Below, piece after piece: positions 52,831 through 64,000 of a stretch of 64,000 nucleotides of DNA. The first letter of the stretch is position 1. Each line of letters opens with the position of its first letter. The DNA is from Ptychomitrium polyphyllum. Its lineage: Eukaryota. Position numbers and translations under genes: made by a program. The DNA is taken from positions 10,292,001 through 10,356,000 of the forward strand of contig OZ316775.1 in assembly GCA_973851085.1 (NCBI GenBank). The letters are read 5' to 3'. The notes under the pieces are model-generated. The model did not search any database, had not been told where the DNA came from, and saw only the letters and a list, made by a program, of their open reading frames with translations.

Positions 52831-55800
52831 TCCACATTGATAGATATAGCATACATGGTGGAAAGGGGTTACGTTCCCGGACTTTGATACACCGTACATT
52901 TAGGCCTCTTTGGCATCAACTTCACCTCGCTACGCCTCGCTGATGTTTCCCTGCTGACACTCCTGATGATGGATTGGCAGACTCGCTGCAACATGAATTC
53001 TCAGGAGAACCTTCAGGGATACCAAGACTCTATCGGTAGCGACAACTTCTGTAATATCGCAAAGAGAGGATTCGAGTACGTAGTGTTTAGCTCTTTTCCT
53101 TAAGGGATTGGTGTCTTGTTGACACCGAAGGATTTTAAATACTACTTGTATATTAAAAGCCTCACGATTTTGATGAGCTCCGCTGACAGCTTATAATTTG
53201 GTTGTACTCCCGTACCTATGTCTTTTGTATTTTTACTGAAATGTCCCATGTCTCGCACTGAAAAACCGGTGCTAATTCGTCAGTGAAAGAATTTACTATA
53301 TATCTTGATCGTTGCTTGTGAAGTCTGCAATCCCAGGATGAATTCAATCATGTCAAATGTACGTAGTTGGAAGTTGGAATTGGCAACAGACATAGTTTTC
53401 TGAGGAATTATTCCGAGGGATAAGCAGGCCCTACGCTCTACGTCACATGGTTGGAATATCTGCACGTGAGCAATACTTATTACTGTTTATCCCCTTATTT
53501 GAAATTGGAGCTCAAATTCATCAGTCAGGCAGAGGCGGGTCTCGCTGAGCTAACTGTGTCAGCTTAGTTAACGTTACGCAAGTAAAGCAATTTGCCCCTA
53601 ACAACTCAACTTGATTACATACCTCTTTGACGCCATGATCAATCGCCAATATCTTAGAGAAATACATCTACGACTAAACTTGTTCATTTTCTTGGCCGCC
53701 TGCGTGGTATACCTCGTCGCCTTGTCTAGAGCCTTCTCGTACGATACCCTTCCGCAGAGTAATAGATGTTCCGAAACGTCCCATTTGAGCCCCTCTGGTG
53801 ACCAAGTCTCCTTGCAGAAAACTCATCTACGCGACAAAGTCTGTGACACAACCACCTGTTCCAGATTACCTCTCTGGAGTAGAAGTAACCAATCTCCATG
53901 CATCTGCCGGGAAGCCCTGTTCCGAAAACAACTAACCTCTAAATGAAGCGCCATCGACATGAGAAAATCAGGGTGGTGAATGCACCACTGAAGCCAGAAA
54001 TTCCCGAAGATTAATCAATTTTTTAGTAAATTTTCGAAGATACGAACTGCTCGATGGTCCAGGTTTCTCCAGAAAGAACTATTTTGGCACCCCTTGCATG
54101 TACAGAACAGTGAAACGCTTGTGAAAATGATTTTTGAAAACATGATGATTTGATCACTCCAGTGACATGCAACACAAGACTTATCCTTTAAGTAACACTT
54201 AATAAATTAAGCGCCGGTGGATTGGTGCACGGAAGAGTGGTGTGAAATCTGGTTTAGAATCTGATTTATTCGCTGGTTCACTGACGTTCTGGCTCTCAAC
54301 TCCCGTTTTGGTCTTGTACTTTTATACTCTTTAACTCCAGTGCGAATTTGCAAGAATTTGATTTATAATGTGATAACATACTCAAACAACTTTTTGCCTT
54401 CTACTCATCCTGAAAACCTCTCGAGGCGGATCATTTTACAATTCTCGTCCTGAACACATTGTATGATTTATAGACCTACTTGAGATCTTTAGAATTAGTC
54501 GAGTCAGTTACATCTTGAATCACGATGCAGCTGCTAGCCTCCGACTTGAGGGGCAATGATAAATATGAGGGTTAACTGGCACGATCCACGAGAGCCATTC
54601 TTTACAACGGTACACAAACATCTGTCAATTTTACGGCCTGGGCTAGATGGATGGGATCGTCGTGTCCTGAGACAATGTCAAGAGGGATTGTCAACCAACG
54701 ATTTATCTCAAATGTATGAAGGAGATAAGTTAACACATACACCATCTTATCTAGTTATCTTCTCCGATATGAAATAATTTCACAACTGGCGTGACTCTTG
54801 AATGTGAACTGCAAGATCGTGAGAAGTATATGGGGGGAGCTGAAAGGGATGATTATCAGCGGCACATAATAACGTATCCCAAGCTCGTGAGGCAAACTGA
54901 AAGATCTTTTATTGATTGTTGCAGACATTGTTAACACCAATGCAATTTATGAAGGGTATTTCAAAAAATTCTTTGCAGTTGAATTTTATGGTATGAATCT
55001 GTAGAAAAATCCTAAACAGGATTGATCTTGGATGTGTGAAGTTACTCTTGCGGTTGTCACAGGATGTGAAAAGATCATTGCTGCTGTTGCTGTATGAGAA
55101 ACCTGCTCCCGCGAGTGAATCAATAAAGAGGATGCTGGCAACTGGTCACCCAATCAATGAGAACTGCTGATCAAACCTGTGAATTTCCATCCAATAGCAA
55201 CAGATTTGTAAGATCGAAGACACTCTAGTCTACCAGTACATTCGGCATAATCCTGTCATATCAGATATCAATTGAATCGTTGCTTCCTCCCGTTGTGTAG
55301 AGGAAGCAACAATGTCCAGGATACCACCACCAATATTATGAGGAATGGCCACATCGTGAAACTAGCGTTGCTCATTTTTGCCTCTTCTGAATGAATGCTA
55401 CACACTATGTACAACACATCGTATAACAGCTTAGCAACAAATCTGTGTCATGCATATCGAGTATCAGAAATTGTTTTGTCGACGCTTAGCTTGATCCTGC
55501 AGGGGAACAAGGATATTGTGGAGAATCATTAAAATTTTCAAACGCTTGAACGTGTCCAAACTCAAGATCACCTAAACAATGCAGGTTCTCGCAGACTGTG
55601 CACTGTCCCCTCTGCTGTTATAGTTTAACGATCTCAACAAATTACCAAGGAACAGAACTAGCTAGAGCTGGATCAGATCATACAGGGACTCTATACTGCA
55701 TGGCACAATGTCACATGCAATTCAGCACTCAGAAATAAGTCAGAGTGCACATCTAACCACTGAGCTGCAAGCTGGTCTACAACAGAGTGAGCTTTTCTTT

Positions 55801-58653
55801 CGCCTGGTGAGATCTTCACAGGTCTGCAACACTAAATACTGCGGAATCCAAAATAATGCAAAGAACAATCAATGGTTAATTGTTTATAGGAGCAAAGAGC
55901 AAGATCTTTCTTGAAGATTACATGTTTGAAATTTAAATAATCTACATTAGTGTGTTAATATCAAATCATTTGGTCACAAATGCAGCACAACATTGAAAAT
56001 CTTTGAAATTTTTCAGAATTGATGGTTGGTGCAAAGATGATTGGTGAATCAATGGACGTTTTAGTGCTAGTTATGTCACAAGAAGTCCATTGTAATTTGA
56101 CAAATATTCAATTATTGGAAAATTCTACTCAAGAAATAATGTACATCATTCAAATTGATTAATAAAGAATTAAAGCTAATTGAAGTCAAATATAGAAATC
56201 ATTGTTTATACCTCTATAGATTAGTTTAGGACTTGCTACCTTAAGAGCCCTTATCCTCTTTGATAATGTAGGATTAATTTTGAGCATATTCCTAAGTATG
56301 TAATTGGATGAAAAATATGAATTGCAATTAATAGCCTAGAATATTATTGTGTTGTAAAAGAAACTACTTATTTCTCATAATTTGATTATTGATTTGAAAA
56401 AGCAAGTTTATAGATTTTAAAATTGACTAGACTAATTTAGGAAATCAATAAAAAACTCAACTTCAAAGGTTTCATATTGAACAACGTCATGTATAAATTG
56501 CAAATAAGGAGTTTTTAATAAGGAATATTTATTTAAATTTTGGAACTATTTTACATCCTAACAATAGAGATGTATTTAACTTTGCTCCTTTGTTTTATTC
56601 CATGTGTACCTATAATTTTGCTAGACAGATATTTACTTGAATCTTATTTTGTTTAGAAGGTAATACTTTGCAATTCTTTAAGAAAACAACAAACTCATTT
56701 ATGCATTAGCAAGTAATGTGAGTAGGCTAGTTTCATTTAAATGTAATTATGTTCTAGATACCATCTTTTGCACATTAAAAAATAATAAATAGCCTGTAAT
56801 ATATTTAAAATATATTGAAATAAGTGTAAAACACTTTAATTCCTATTTGTAATAATAGAAACAATATCATGCAACCAAAAGAAATGTAATAATAAATTAC
56901 AAAAGCAAAGGTAAGCAATTATTTCTATTAAAGTTCAATTTGTCACACAAAGAAAAACAAAGCTATTAAAAAAATACAATTACCTTAATAATTAAATTAA
57001 AGACAAACTATACAATAAATATCAAAGATAATTATATAACAAGAGTATATTTTATGAAAAGGTAAGTCACAAAAACCTAATTTAGCAATGTGCACCCTTA
57101 TCTATCGTTTATTTATAAGAAGCAATTATTATAAAGTCAAAGTTAATAAGAAATTAGATAGGATTTCAACCTTATTGTTAACAACATGGATTACCTTAAA
57201 GTTTAATAGAGATATTGCACTCAAACTAATTCAACTAATTCAAATAAATAATTGCAATTCCAAATAAGTATAATATATGCCACTAACCTCTAACATGAAC
57301 TCTATTCCACCCTTTACAAAGAAGATAGATTCTTAACACAAAGCAAACATATCTTTCTAGAGCCTCTCCAAATCTTGTCATTTAAGCTTCAACCATTTTG
57401 AACAAAAAAACAAGTAATTTTTCATCCATTACCATAAAGAAAATTGTTACAATTCCAAATTTCAAAAGCATTCTTGGACCCTTTTCCTACATCATATACT
57501 GTTTATTTAAAGAATTCCAATAACTCTATAAGATAACTACATATTGTACATATTGTACAAGATTCTATCACGTATGAATGTTAACCATCTTATCATTCTA
57601 TCACATATAATATTTCGTCTCTGCAAAGTGTCCTCCCATGGAAACAACCCCTTACTCGAAACCTACGAGGTGTACACGGTTTATGCACTACCATGCCACG
57701 ATCAGCAACCAATTCCTCGACCAGATAAAGGTTGCCTGTACTTCATACGCGAGATCCAGACTATCTCACACGCATGCGACCAGCTTCTCTATACCAAGGC
57801 GATGAAGGAGTTCGTCAACATTGAATACAACTATGCTTACGCACGGGCTCCTACGGATGTAACATGTGGTTGCAGGAAGATTGAAGCAGATCATCACAGT
57901 AAATCTGAATCCGACACTTGATCGCTTGGAGTATGCTTCTTTGGACCAGTAATAACTAGCACCATTTTAATAGTTTGCTGCAAGGCTTCAGGCCGTCGAA
58001 GTCCTTCACGCCTGCAAAACACGATACTTGCAAACAAAACTACCCAGCAATCCACTTTAATCTCTCTAACGACCAATTCGCAATGCATGACAACACCACA
58101 TAAATTCCATATCCAACGGTGGATTGCAGTGATACTTTACATTAAAACTAGCAGGACGCGCCAGCATCAATACTATCTATCTACCACGAGCTCTAGAAGC
58201 TGGCTAACGACTAAAGGTGTACAGGTAATTAAACCGTCGAACCAGAACGTCCACCTATAACTTCTCTAAGAATACACCGTTAATTGCAGTGAAAACAAAG
58301 GACTAAAGATGTAAGTAGCAGATTCACTAGCAAACGCTAATCAGACATGGAAACAAAACTTCACGTAGATAAATTAACTGAGATTGTCCTTTCCTTGTTG
58401 GGGAGTACACGAACAAAATTTTAGCGACTCGAACTAACTAGTCCTCTACACGAGATGCGCGTGCTGTGTTTCCGCCTCCCAGAACCCCAAGGAAACAAGA
58501 AATCACGAAACCGCCAGGCACCAGGGAAACTCGTCGCTACGCCACCGCGCCTTCCTCTTCCCCACCGCCTGCGCCTCGGTCACTCATAACTTAACCTCGG
58601 AATACGTCCCTACGCTGCTCTGAGCCGCCGCTCTCGCCCGCCGCCCACCCTCC

Positions 58654-61092
58654 CTAGCTTCTCCCGTACGGGTGGTACCGCCCGTGACTGCTCCCGCCCC
58701 CGCTCCCGCTGTACCCCCGACTGCTGCCATAGCTTCCCCCGTACCCGCCGCTCGAGCTGTACCCCGCACCGTACCCGCTCCCGCTGTAGCCCCCGTATCC
58801 CATCGACCCATACCCGTCGCCCCCGTCCCCGTACCCGCCCATCATCCCGCCGCCGTATCCCCCGCCCGACCCATACCCCAGGCTGCCGCCGTACCCTCCC
58901 CCGACGCCGGACCCGTACCCGCCCACGCCCAGCCCTCCTCCATACGCGCCACCGCCGTATCCCCCCCCCGCTCCATAGCCCCCTCCGTAGCCCCCACCGT
59001 AGCCCCCGCCTCCATAACCTCCCCCTCGCCCGCCGTACCCTCCGGACCTGTACGACCCGCCGTACCCGCCTGCGCTCCCCGAGCCCCCGTAACCTCCGTC
59101 GTAGCCCCCGTATCCTCCCGCGCTCGCGCCGTACCCGCCTCCCCTTCCCCCCGCGTACCCCCCACCGGGGCTGTCCTGGATGGCTCGCTTCGGCTCCGCC
59201 TTCTTGATCTCCACCTGCCATTCGCCACCCGCCACCACCCACCACATCAGCCGCATCCCTGCGCTTCCGGACCTCCGCACACATCACAACCACGACCGAC
59301 GCACAGCCCATATGCCGCCCGGCAGAGCTACACTCCCGCACGCCCCACCTACGCCGCCCAGGACGGACTTGCCCACGTCAAGACACTCCTCGCCGCTGCG
59401 ACGCGCCCACCCACCGCAGGGCACCCGCTGCCTGCCAGGCACCCGCTACCTACGACGACCGCTACTCACCTGCTTTCCTCCCAGCTCGTGCATCTTCCCG
59501 TGGGCCAGGATGTCCTCCACGGTCTGCTCGCTGTCGAACGTCACGAACCCGAACCCGCGCGACCTCCCGGTGCTGTGGTCCTGCATGATCTGGTGCTCCA
59601 CTACCGACCCGAAACCCGCGAAGTAGCTCTTGAACTCCTCTGCAACCACATCCCAAGCAACCCCCCCGCCTTAGCACGCTCCCACCACCGCCGCCACCGC
59701 CCCCGCCACCGCGGGCCTCCTCGCCCCTACCAACCGACCACGACCTACCAGCCGGGCTCACACCAACTACTTCCTCAACCTCAACTGCATACACAAAAGG
59801 TGGGGGAGCTAATGCCCGCAAGCACTGCCTACATACCATCTGTAATAGAAGGAGGAATGCCTCCAACAAAGATCTTCTTTGTCTTCGGTCCTTTACTTGC
59901 TGCCATGTTTTCACGAGGAACTGACTTTTTGGCCTCCACCTGCAGCTACATCTAGTGAGATCCCCATACACCACTACATGTACAGCTCCCCACCCGCCCT
60001 ACATCAGTGCCACCCCGAGCCCCATACCGCTCCCATAACCCCGAACCTCTCGCCTACCAGGACCACCTATCCGCCACTCGACGCACCACACTGCATGGAC
60101 CCTACACCAGGGCCGACCCGAACTTACCGTCCTTCCATCTATCACGTGCTTGTCCAGCACCACGTTATCACACACCGCCGGGTCAGCGAACGTCACGAAT
60201 CCGAACCCGCGCGGGTGCCCCGTGGACCGGTCCTTCATGATCACCGCGTCGATGATCTCGCCGTACTTCTTGAAGTGGCTCTGCAGATTGTCTGTGCCCA
60301 CCACAAACGTCAGCGAAAATCGCACCCATGCTCACCACGCTCGCAGCAAACCCCACACCCCACACCCCCGCCTCACCGCCCATCTCTCACCCGACGGCAC
60401 CCGCGCCCACCCCACGGCATTGCACGCCGCCGTACGGTCCCACGCCCATGCGGATACCACACGACGCCACCACCCCACAGTTCACGGCTCCGCCACCGGG
60501 GGCGCGGCACCCCCCGGAGCCGACGCACACGAGGAACGGACGTACCGACACAGAGATGCACCATGCAGGACCACGACAATCCATGCCGGAGAGGGTTGCG
60601 TACCTGTCGACGTATCCCATGACAAGCCGCCGATGAAGATCTTCCCTCTATGATACCATGCGAACGGGTACAGCGTTAGCTATTACACATCATGCCATCG
60701 CCGGCGACCACACTAACCTCCTACATGCAAACCCCGCCGGAATCCCAACCACAACACACGCCCTCCCCTCCACGACTCATCCTACGCCTACCACTGCTGC
60801 GACACCTGGAGCTAGAGCTAGGGCCACCGGCAACTAACCCTGAACTCGACGCCTTCCCTTGCGACGCCGTCGGCGAGTCCTTCGGATCACTCTCTACCAT
60901 CGCGTCCTTCGCGGACCCGCCGTTCTGGAACCCGTACTGCGTGTGCTCATCCTCGTCCCCGTGCTGGGCCTCGTCGTCCTCCACCGCGTCCTGCTGCTGC
61001 TGCTCGTCGTCGTCCCCGTAATTGTCCTCCAGCGTCCCGTTCAGGTCCGGCGCCACCTCGTGCATCCTCTCCTCGTCGCCCCCTCCCTCCAT
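58654..61092 (-). CDS. hnRNP A/B / Musashi-like protein (acidic N-terminus, 2 RRMs, Gly/Tyr-rich low-complexity tail, C-terminal RYHPY PY-NLS)
   Basis: KIFIGGLSW, RGFGFVTF (twice), KIFVGGIP, VEIKKAEPK and GGYG repeats. Approximate exons: 61092-60839, 60647-60604, 60291-60128, 59939-59837, 59639-59470, 59214-58654. Confidence 0.93.
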
Positions 61093-61784
61093 CGCCGTGC
61101 ACCGCTACCAACACCGCCCGCGGCCTCCGCAGACGTCCCCTTCGCGCCCTCTCCTCGTCTACCCTCTCCTATCTGCCTGCCCGCCTCGCGCACCTCCCGG
61201 TCCCCACTGTTCCACCCAAACCGAACCGTCTCAGAACCCGCCCTCCTCCCCCGCAAAACTCGCACAACCACGCCGACCGACCCTCGCAACCTAACTCGCG
61301 CGCCTCACCTCCTCCCCACCCCCTCGCCTCCGTCGTCACAACCCACCCACACGCACGTCCTCTCCGACCCACCACACCGCCACCACCGACCGACCCCCAC
61401 GCAAAAGCGGGAAAACCTAACAACCCAACTGCCAACCCCAGAAAGCCAAACCGGCGCTACCCTAACCTTCCCTCCAACGACACCACAGTCAGGGAACCCT
61501 CCGCCCGAAGAAGTGGGCAACACCAGCGCCCAACGGCAGCACAGAGGGCGCCCCCGAGGAACGGAAGACCGACCGACCGGGCCCGACACAACGGAGAAAA
61601 CGTGGAAACAAGAAAAGGCCGGGCAGTGCACAGCACCATCACAAGACGCGGGTGGGTGCGGGAGGGCAGTTACCAAAGGGGCGAGCCGCGGTGGCGGCGT
61701 CGGGGCGTCGATCCGGGTGCGGGCGAGTGCACTCGTGGCGGATGCCCCCCAGCGAGCCGATACGCGAGCCGGGGTCGGGTCTGC

Positions 61785-61814
61785 TCTGGTCTGGTCTGGT
61801 CTGGTGTGGTGTGG
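61785..61814. repeat. (TCTGG/TGTGG)n pentamer repeat upstream of the hnRNP gene
   Basis: Read directly: tctggtctggtctggtctggtgtggtgtgg. Confidence 0.8.
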
Positions 61815-64000
61815 CGTCGAGAGTTCCTCCCCTGCGGCGGTGGTCACGACTCACGCTGCCTGCCCTTCCCTGGCGAAGCCTTCTTTGCGGGAGGGAAAAG
61901 GAACCCCTGGGCTTCCAGCGTCTGCCGTTCTCGTTTCTGTCCATGGATGACAACCCCTTCTTCATCCCTGCACTGCTTCATCAGTACCGTACTTCATCCG
62001 AGCCCTTCTTCATCGACCGTGCACAGGTGTGTGTTCTGTTGGTGTATGGGCGACTTGAGTAGTTATTGATTTTCTGCAAACAGAAGTGTTAGATTTTCTA
62101 TGTATGTTTTTTGCGGCTTTTTGATACCATCGCGCCTCGTTTTTCTTTTTCTCTTCATGCGTTTTGTCTCGTTCTCGTTTTGTGTCTGTCTTGTTTTTAT
62201 TTTTTGTTTGTCTTGTTGTTTTATATTCGCCCCTTATGGAGTGTTTGTCTTCGTCTCGTCGTGGGCCTGGTCTAATTTTTTGCCTTCCCTGGGCTTGAAC
62301 TCGTATAGGTTTTACTTTATGTGCAGTTGACACAAGTAATACGATTCCTATATTTGACAAGCATGATTCAAATGGATGTGGGTGAGAGCAAATAACAGTT
62401 GTACGAGTCAATCGACTGAAAGTATGAAGATTTGGGCTTCTAGCTCAGAGATGAGATATGTTGAAGTCAGCAACAAGGGCTTCAGAATCATTGTGCATAC
62501 AAGCATGCTATAAAACATTTGAGAGGGACCCAATTATCTGAACTCTTCCTTGGTATTGGTGAGTAAAGTTAAGCAGAATGCACGGTCTAGAAGGTGCAAT
62601 ATGCCGATGTGCTTCACATGTCTAAGAATGAAGTTTATATGCATGATTGGACTACGCTTGCATTTTGGTATCAGTAACAGGTACCTCTCTTAAGCAATTG
62701 TTTAGTTCTAAGCACGCAACAGAAGGTTTGTTACGCAAGAAAACTGGCAAATCAGTCCGTTTGAGACTAGTAATAAGCAAGAATTCGAGCACGACTACGT
62801 GTGATGAAAACGTTGACATAAAAGATGGTAGTCTAAAGACGACGGTCTGAAACAACCAAACAGTCTCTCCAATCACCAAAATTACTTGGCAACAAGACCG
62901 CTGTGTTATTTGGTCATCGACAACCAAAATAAATGATCTGCACAGGATGATCATCTTAACACAGAACCACGTTACGTGTGGGAAACATAAATACATGTAA
63001 ATCTCCTCATCTAAGAGGAATTGTATTTACCAATATTTGAGCTTAAAATGAAGTGAACCGCAATTACTCTAGAGTCGCAGAACGGAGAGAATAAACTTAT
63101 TGGTTCTTGTTTCTATCCCGCCAAGTTGACTGTCAGTGAGACATATGGATGCACCTCTGAATCTCCACCCGCAAGTCCCATCATCCCTGCATCATCTTCT
63201 GAATGCCAAAATGAACTGCAAATGGCGAATTGTTAATACATAAATCAGTCGACAGATTCTCGTTATAAAAAATTAATCATCCATCATCTAATTACTTCCA
63301 TATCTAGCAGACCGATGCTCAAATAAGTAATCATCAAACATTTTTGATCCATCGATCAGAAACACTTCCTCTTGCTCCAAACGCAACCTTGGCGTACAAC
63401 TTATAATGAAGAGAGGAAAAAATCTACGTTACTCTCTTATTACAAATGATGAGATATACCTGTTTGTCCCACTTGACAGCTTATCACAGACTGCACGTAC
63501 TTTCTTTTCAGTCTTTGAGTTTGGTGCCAAAACAGCAGCCTGGATCGATTCGAAACACGTAGTAAAAATCATATTGTTGCGTAGCATTATAGAAGTGAAA
63601 ACTGAGATAGCAGATCAAAACTACGAACCAAACAGGTTTGGTTACATATTGGCTCTAACCATGAATTTTGGTGGAAGTCCATATCTTAATATACTCTCAG
63701 TGAAGAGTCGAATAGCACATATGTGCATCCAAGCACCAAAAACCTGTTCACCGGAACACAAAAAGCACATATTAGCATGCAATTTAAATCAAAAGAACAT
63801 AAAGACAAGATGGAACACCTGACATAGAAATTGTAGGACTATTTCAATCGTTCTACCTCGCCATAAACAGCATAACACCACTGTTGAAGGGATTGGCGAA
63901 GTTCGTCTTGATCTTTTTGTAACTTCGCCACCTCTTCCAGCTTGGATGATTGGCCTTCTGGGTCCGACTCAAATTCTCGAACCTGACGGACAGTCATTAG

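Noticed and set aside
58672..61950. Long plus-strand Pro-rich ORFs (427, 247 and 363 aa)
   Set aside because: Stop-poor antisense frames caused by the C-rich strand of the hnRNP gene.
63406..63822. 138-aa plus-strand ORF near the window end
   Set aside because: No recognisable motif or supporting gene structure.

Overview
Eukaryotic plant genomic DNA, probably a moss (Physcomitrium-like; inferred from gene and retroelement types, not proven). Six apparently intact protein-coding genes: an inositol-tetrakisphosphate 1-kinase with an intronless CDS (-), an intronless H1-winged-helix/Arg-His-tail protamine-like gene (+), a 15-exon CCA-adding enzyme (+), an NTF2-RRM-RGG G3BP-like gene (+), a kinesin-5 (+) and a 2xRRM Gly/Tyr-rich hnRNP A/B-like gene (-). 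There is also a degenerate two-LTR Ty3/gypsy chromovirus (-), several decayed gene-like relics and long AT-rich spacers. The strongest lead is the protamine-like gene, which carries a 6-bp-stem/4-nt-loop hairpin (GGTGTT-TAAA-AACACC) about 85 nt after its stop codon. This is the geometry of the replication-dependent histone mRNA 3' stem-loop that land plants are thought to have lost. Other leads are a retrotransposon PBS complementary to its own predicted transcript 5' end (Tf1-type self-priming), a possible CUG-initiated kinesin-5 extension, and unusually G-rich introns in both RNA-binding-protein genes. Exon coordinates were read by eye and may be off by a few bases.
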